Part shown: positions 61,156 to 64,000 of the stretch, piece by piece | Layout: each line of letters begins with the position of its first letter | Position numbering within the stretch: position 1 is the stretch's first letter | Assembly: GCA_965218095.1 (NCBI GenBank) | Contig: OZ244587.1 | Location: 2,240,001 to 2,304,000, forward strand | Source of the DNA: Candidatus Poribacteria bacterium | GTDB taxonomy: Bacteria; Poribacteria; WGA-4E; PCPOR2b | Direction of reading: 5' to 3' | Length of the DNA stretch: 64,000 bases | Notes under the pieces: model-generated | Told to the model about the DNA's origin: nothing | The model's database searches: none | Seen by the model: the letters and a program-made list of their open reading frames with translations, nothing else | Program-made: the position numbers and the translations under genes

Positions 61156-62480
61156 TACCCCCAGTTTTTCAAGAGTAGAGATTTGACGGGTTTTGAGCGG
61201 TTAGGGTTGTGAGAATGGTTGTCGTTAAGCATGTTGAAGGGTATCTCCCCGACACAGGGGAAGGGTGAAAAAGGGACTCAGACACCATTCCACCCACGCA
61301 TCAGCAACCACGCGCTTAATCACCGTAATCAGCGAATAAGTCTTTGTCTTTGTGTTGAATGCTTTTGCCCATCGGTGGCCGGATTTTTGATAGATGATAA
61401 ACAGCAACCCATAACTCAGACAAGCCAACAGCCATAACAGATTGATGCGGGATTTCGTCGGTTTGTTGAGAATCAGACTGCCAAAGCCAAAGCCGGTTTT
61501 GATGTCCCGAAATCCGTGTTCAATCTGCATTCTTCGCTTATAGCAGCGGTGGATTTGACTCCCTGTCAAATGACTTGAAATCAGATACATCGGCTCAGCA
61601 AATCGTGCATCTCTCACTACATACAGATTCAGTCGAATCTGTTCCGTTTGGTGATAGAGAATCTGTGGATAGAACCCGGTTGCCTTCAACTGTTCTATCT
61701 TTTTGACAGTTCCCCAAACGGTAATGCGAACATTGCGACAGACGCGCATTATAAACGGAATCTGTTGTGCTTTGAGAAACTTTATCACACATCTACCACG
61801 GGCGAACCCCCGATCAAATATCAACACCGGATCACACGTGGGAGGCAAAGCCGCTTGGGTCTTTTGATAGAGCGTGACACAAAAGCGTTGGATAATCTCA
61901 TTATGGCTTTTATATGTCATACCCTGAATCTCAGCGTCACTATAGATGTGCCAGTAGATTAAGTATACCCCGGCGGCGAAATGGCACGGCGGCGACAATC
62001 GCTTTGAAATTGCCAAGCACTTGCGTTTCATCAACCAAAATCAAACGACGAGTGGTGTTGGGTTGACAGACGCGCCTCAGCACGAAAAACAACCAACAGC
62101 GCATCACCGCACCTATTGGAAAGGGACGTGCCAAGAATCGAAGCAGCCGTTTCTGTTTCGTCTTTTGACTCTTGACTGCTACCGGCAATCGTGAGGCAAT
62201 TTCATTGAGACGAAAGGTCTTAGCCAATGCAATGGCTAAGGTCGTAAGTATCAGGTTTTTTAACGCTGGTTTTTTCAAAACGGGGTTGAAAATCTCGGTG
62301 ATAGTGGTTATCATGGGTATGGGATTCACCCGCTTTTGGGGGGGTGTTTTCATAATACCTCCTTGCTTTAAACAGTCGGTGTTTTAGGTAAGGAGGTATT
62401 TTACCATATCTGACAAGCCTTTCTCACACTTATCGCTCACAAAAACAATGAGCATATACTCTTAGAAAAAACTGAGGGTA
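61156..62480 (-). mobile_element. IS4-like insertion sequence
   Basis: Imperfect TIRs tacccccagtttttc-aagagta / tactcttagaaaaaactgagggta, with TA at both ends. Confidence 0.8.
61225..62353 (-). pseudogene. IS4-family DDE transposase split by a frameshift near 61965
   Basis: LVDET in ORF 61940-62353; FDRGF and YKRRMQIEHGFRDIK in ORF 61225-62034. Confidence 0.85.
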
Positions 62481-62499
62481 GGCGAACAAAAAAGTAGGC

Positions 62500-62528
62500 T
62501 TGACAAAAAGTCGTATATCGTTTAGAAT
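62500..62528 (+). promoter_or_regulatory. sigma70 promoter upstream of the STAS gene
   Basis: TTGACA-17-TAGAAT. Confidence 0.6.
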
Positions 62529-62735
62529 GAAAACACGTAGAAAATAGGGGGCCTGCGTTTTCCAAAACAACCGGCTTGGCGCCGATTGACGAAGAGATCT
62601 CGGTAACAAGACGACAATTTGTGACCTTTTGAGTATAATCCCAATCATTCGTGTGATTTTGTCACTCCGGAACCACCGATTGACATGGTTCACGGAAGCG
62701 TGATAATAACCCTTAACACTTCAGGAGTAAAACTC

Positions 62736-63080
62736 ATGGATATTAACATTGATCGCAAAGACGACGTTATCGTCGTGAAACTTGGTGGAAGAATCATTGG
62801 AACTGCGGGCGGCGACCTCAGACGGGCGATTGACGAGGAACTGGCTAATGTCTCTGGAACGCCCAAATTTCTGTTTGACTTCGCTGATGTGTCGCGCATG
62901 GATAGTTCTGGACTCGGAACGCTGGTGGGATTGCACGTATCCATTACGCGAAAGGACGGACGGATCGGTGTCATCAACGTTGGTACAAGCATCAACAATC
63001 TTCTTGTCATGGGGAGGTTGATCACCATCTTTGAACATTTCGATAGCGAGGATGAAGCTATTGCTGCGTTGACAGAATAG
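62736..63080 (+). CDS. STAS-domain anti-sigma factor antagonist (RsbV/SpoIIAA-like)
   Basis: DFADVSRMDSSGLGTLV; SD aggag. Confidence 0.92.
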   Translation: MDINIDRKDDVIVVKLGGRIIGTAGGDLRRAIDEELANVSGTPKFLFDFADVSRMDSSGLGTLVGLHVSITRKDGRIGVINVGTSINNLLVMGRLITIFEHFDSEDEAIAALTE

Positions 63081-63981
63081 CAAGTCGTACCATTCTTTCT
63101 CTATTGGAAGTGCGGTATGACTTTTTTACAGCAGTCTTCGTCATTTCTGAGGAAATGAAAGGAAACGCATTTCCTAATTTTTGTGTTAGGTTCTGTTGAC
63201 ATTTCAAGGGAGCCATATTAAGAGTGGAGACAAAGCTGAGAAATCCAAAATAACGGACAGCTAGCTTCTCAAACCGAGAGAAGATACGACGATACCATTT
63301 TATCTTGTTGATGAAACATTCAACCCGATGTCTCTCTTTGTATAAGTGTTTGTCATACGTTCTTTGGTCAACACGATGACTTTTTGGCGGTATCACCGCA
63401 ATTGCTCCATTCGCCTCAATAACCGCGATAAAAGCGTCCGAATCGTACCCCTTGTCTCCAATCACATATTCACTGTTATATCCGATTATCAACCCTTCCG
63501 CCTCAGTTATGTCATGTCTCTGACCGGGTGTCAGATGAATTCTTAGGGGATTGCCTAGTCCGTCAACTGTGATGTGAATTTTTGTACTGGAACCGCCCCG
63601 AGAGCAACCTAATGCTTGGTTTTCAGTGCCACCCTTTTTTTTAAGGCGCCAGCTTTTTAAGGCGCCCGCCGCAGACGGGTGAGCGCGGCAGATGGTACTG
63701 TCCACAATAAGCGACTCGATATCGGGGTCAGAGGCGAAGTGGTGGTGCATCTGTGTGAAGATACCTTTGTCGCACCATCGAGCAAACCGCTTGTAGCGGG
63801 TGTTCGATTTGCCATAGGTGTCTGGTAGAAGTCTCCATTGAGCCCCACTACGAGTCACCCACAGAACTGCTTCGACGAAGCGGCGTGTAGCAGCTTCGTC
63901 GCCAACATAGATGGTGGGACAACTAAGAAGAAACCGGTATATCTTATTCCATTGTTCATCAGGTAAGGTTATTGGCGTCAT
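63058..63981 (-). CDS. IS5/IS427 transposase, fused OrfAB with a read-through C-terminus
   Basis: RSGAQWRLLP, VDSTI.RAH, SRGG.STKIH, GDKGYDS, YKERHRVECFINKIK. Confidence 0.85.
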   Translation of the reverse strand: MTPITLPDEQWNKIYRFLLSCPTIYVGDEAATRRFVEAVLWVTRSGAQWRLLPDTYGKSNTRYKRFARWCDKGIFTQMHHHFASDPDIESLIVDSTICRAHPSAAGALKSWRLKKKGGTENQALGCSRGGSSTKIHITVDGLGNPLRIHLTPGQRHDITEAEGLIIGYNSEYVIGDKGYDSDAFIAVIEANGAIAVIPPKSHRVDQRTYDKHLYKERHRVECFINKIKWYRRIFSRFEKLAVRYFGFLSFVSTLNMAPLKCQQNLTQKLGNAFPFISSEMTKTAVKKSYRTSNRERMVRLAILSTQQ

Positions 63982-64000
63982 TCTTCTATTATGCCACAAC
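63189..64000 (-). mobile_element. IS5 family (IS427 group) element, running off the window
   Basis: End sequence ggttctgttgacatt; transposase motifs as listed for the CDS. Confidence 0.85.

Noticed and set aside
61940-62034. Programmed frameshift in the IS4-like transposase
   Set aside because: No slippery A-run or X XXY YYZ heptamer lies at the junction, so a mutational frameshift is more likely.

Overview
Bacterial chromosomal window, most likely Candidatus Poribacteria or a related sponge-symbiont lineage. This is an inference from the PhyH-dioxygenase expansion, the Sel1/TPR/HEAT repeat proteins and a 'VSPAGKWPLTWGELK' C-terminal motif. It holds about 45 CDS: housekeeping genes (purA, rpsI, rplM, gpsA, gdhA, rlmL-like, glxK), two catabolic clusters and a PorV/FlgD-type export locus. 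It also has 3 tRNAs, four IS elements or remnants, several MITE/REP-like palindrome families and about a dozen pseudogenes. The top finding is an unannotated selenoprotein candidate: a lipoprotein HMA domain with GMT-UGA-GAC (UxxC) and a SECIS-like hairpin, transcribed from overlapping divergent promoters opposite an 11-heme cytochrome c and a TPR gene. Other notable signals are 27-nt palindromic elements inserted in frame in protein genes, an HNH-Sel1 fusion joined to a decayed methylase/endonuclease tail, an Rpn gene whose toxin frame is stopped while its intragenic antitoxin start survives, and an IS5 transposase whose programmed frameshift is cancelled by a 16-bp duplication. All family calls come from motif recognition; no database search was run.
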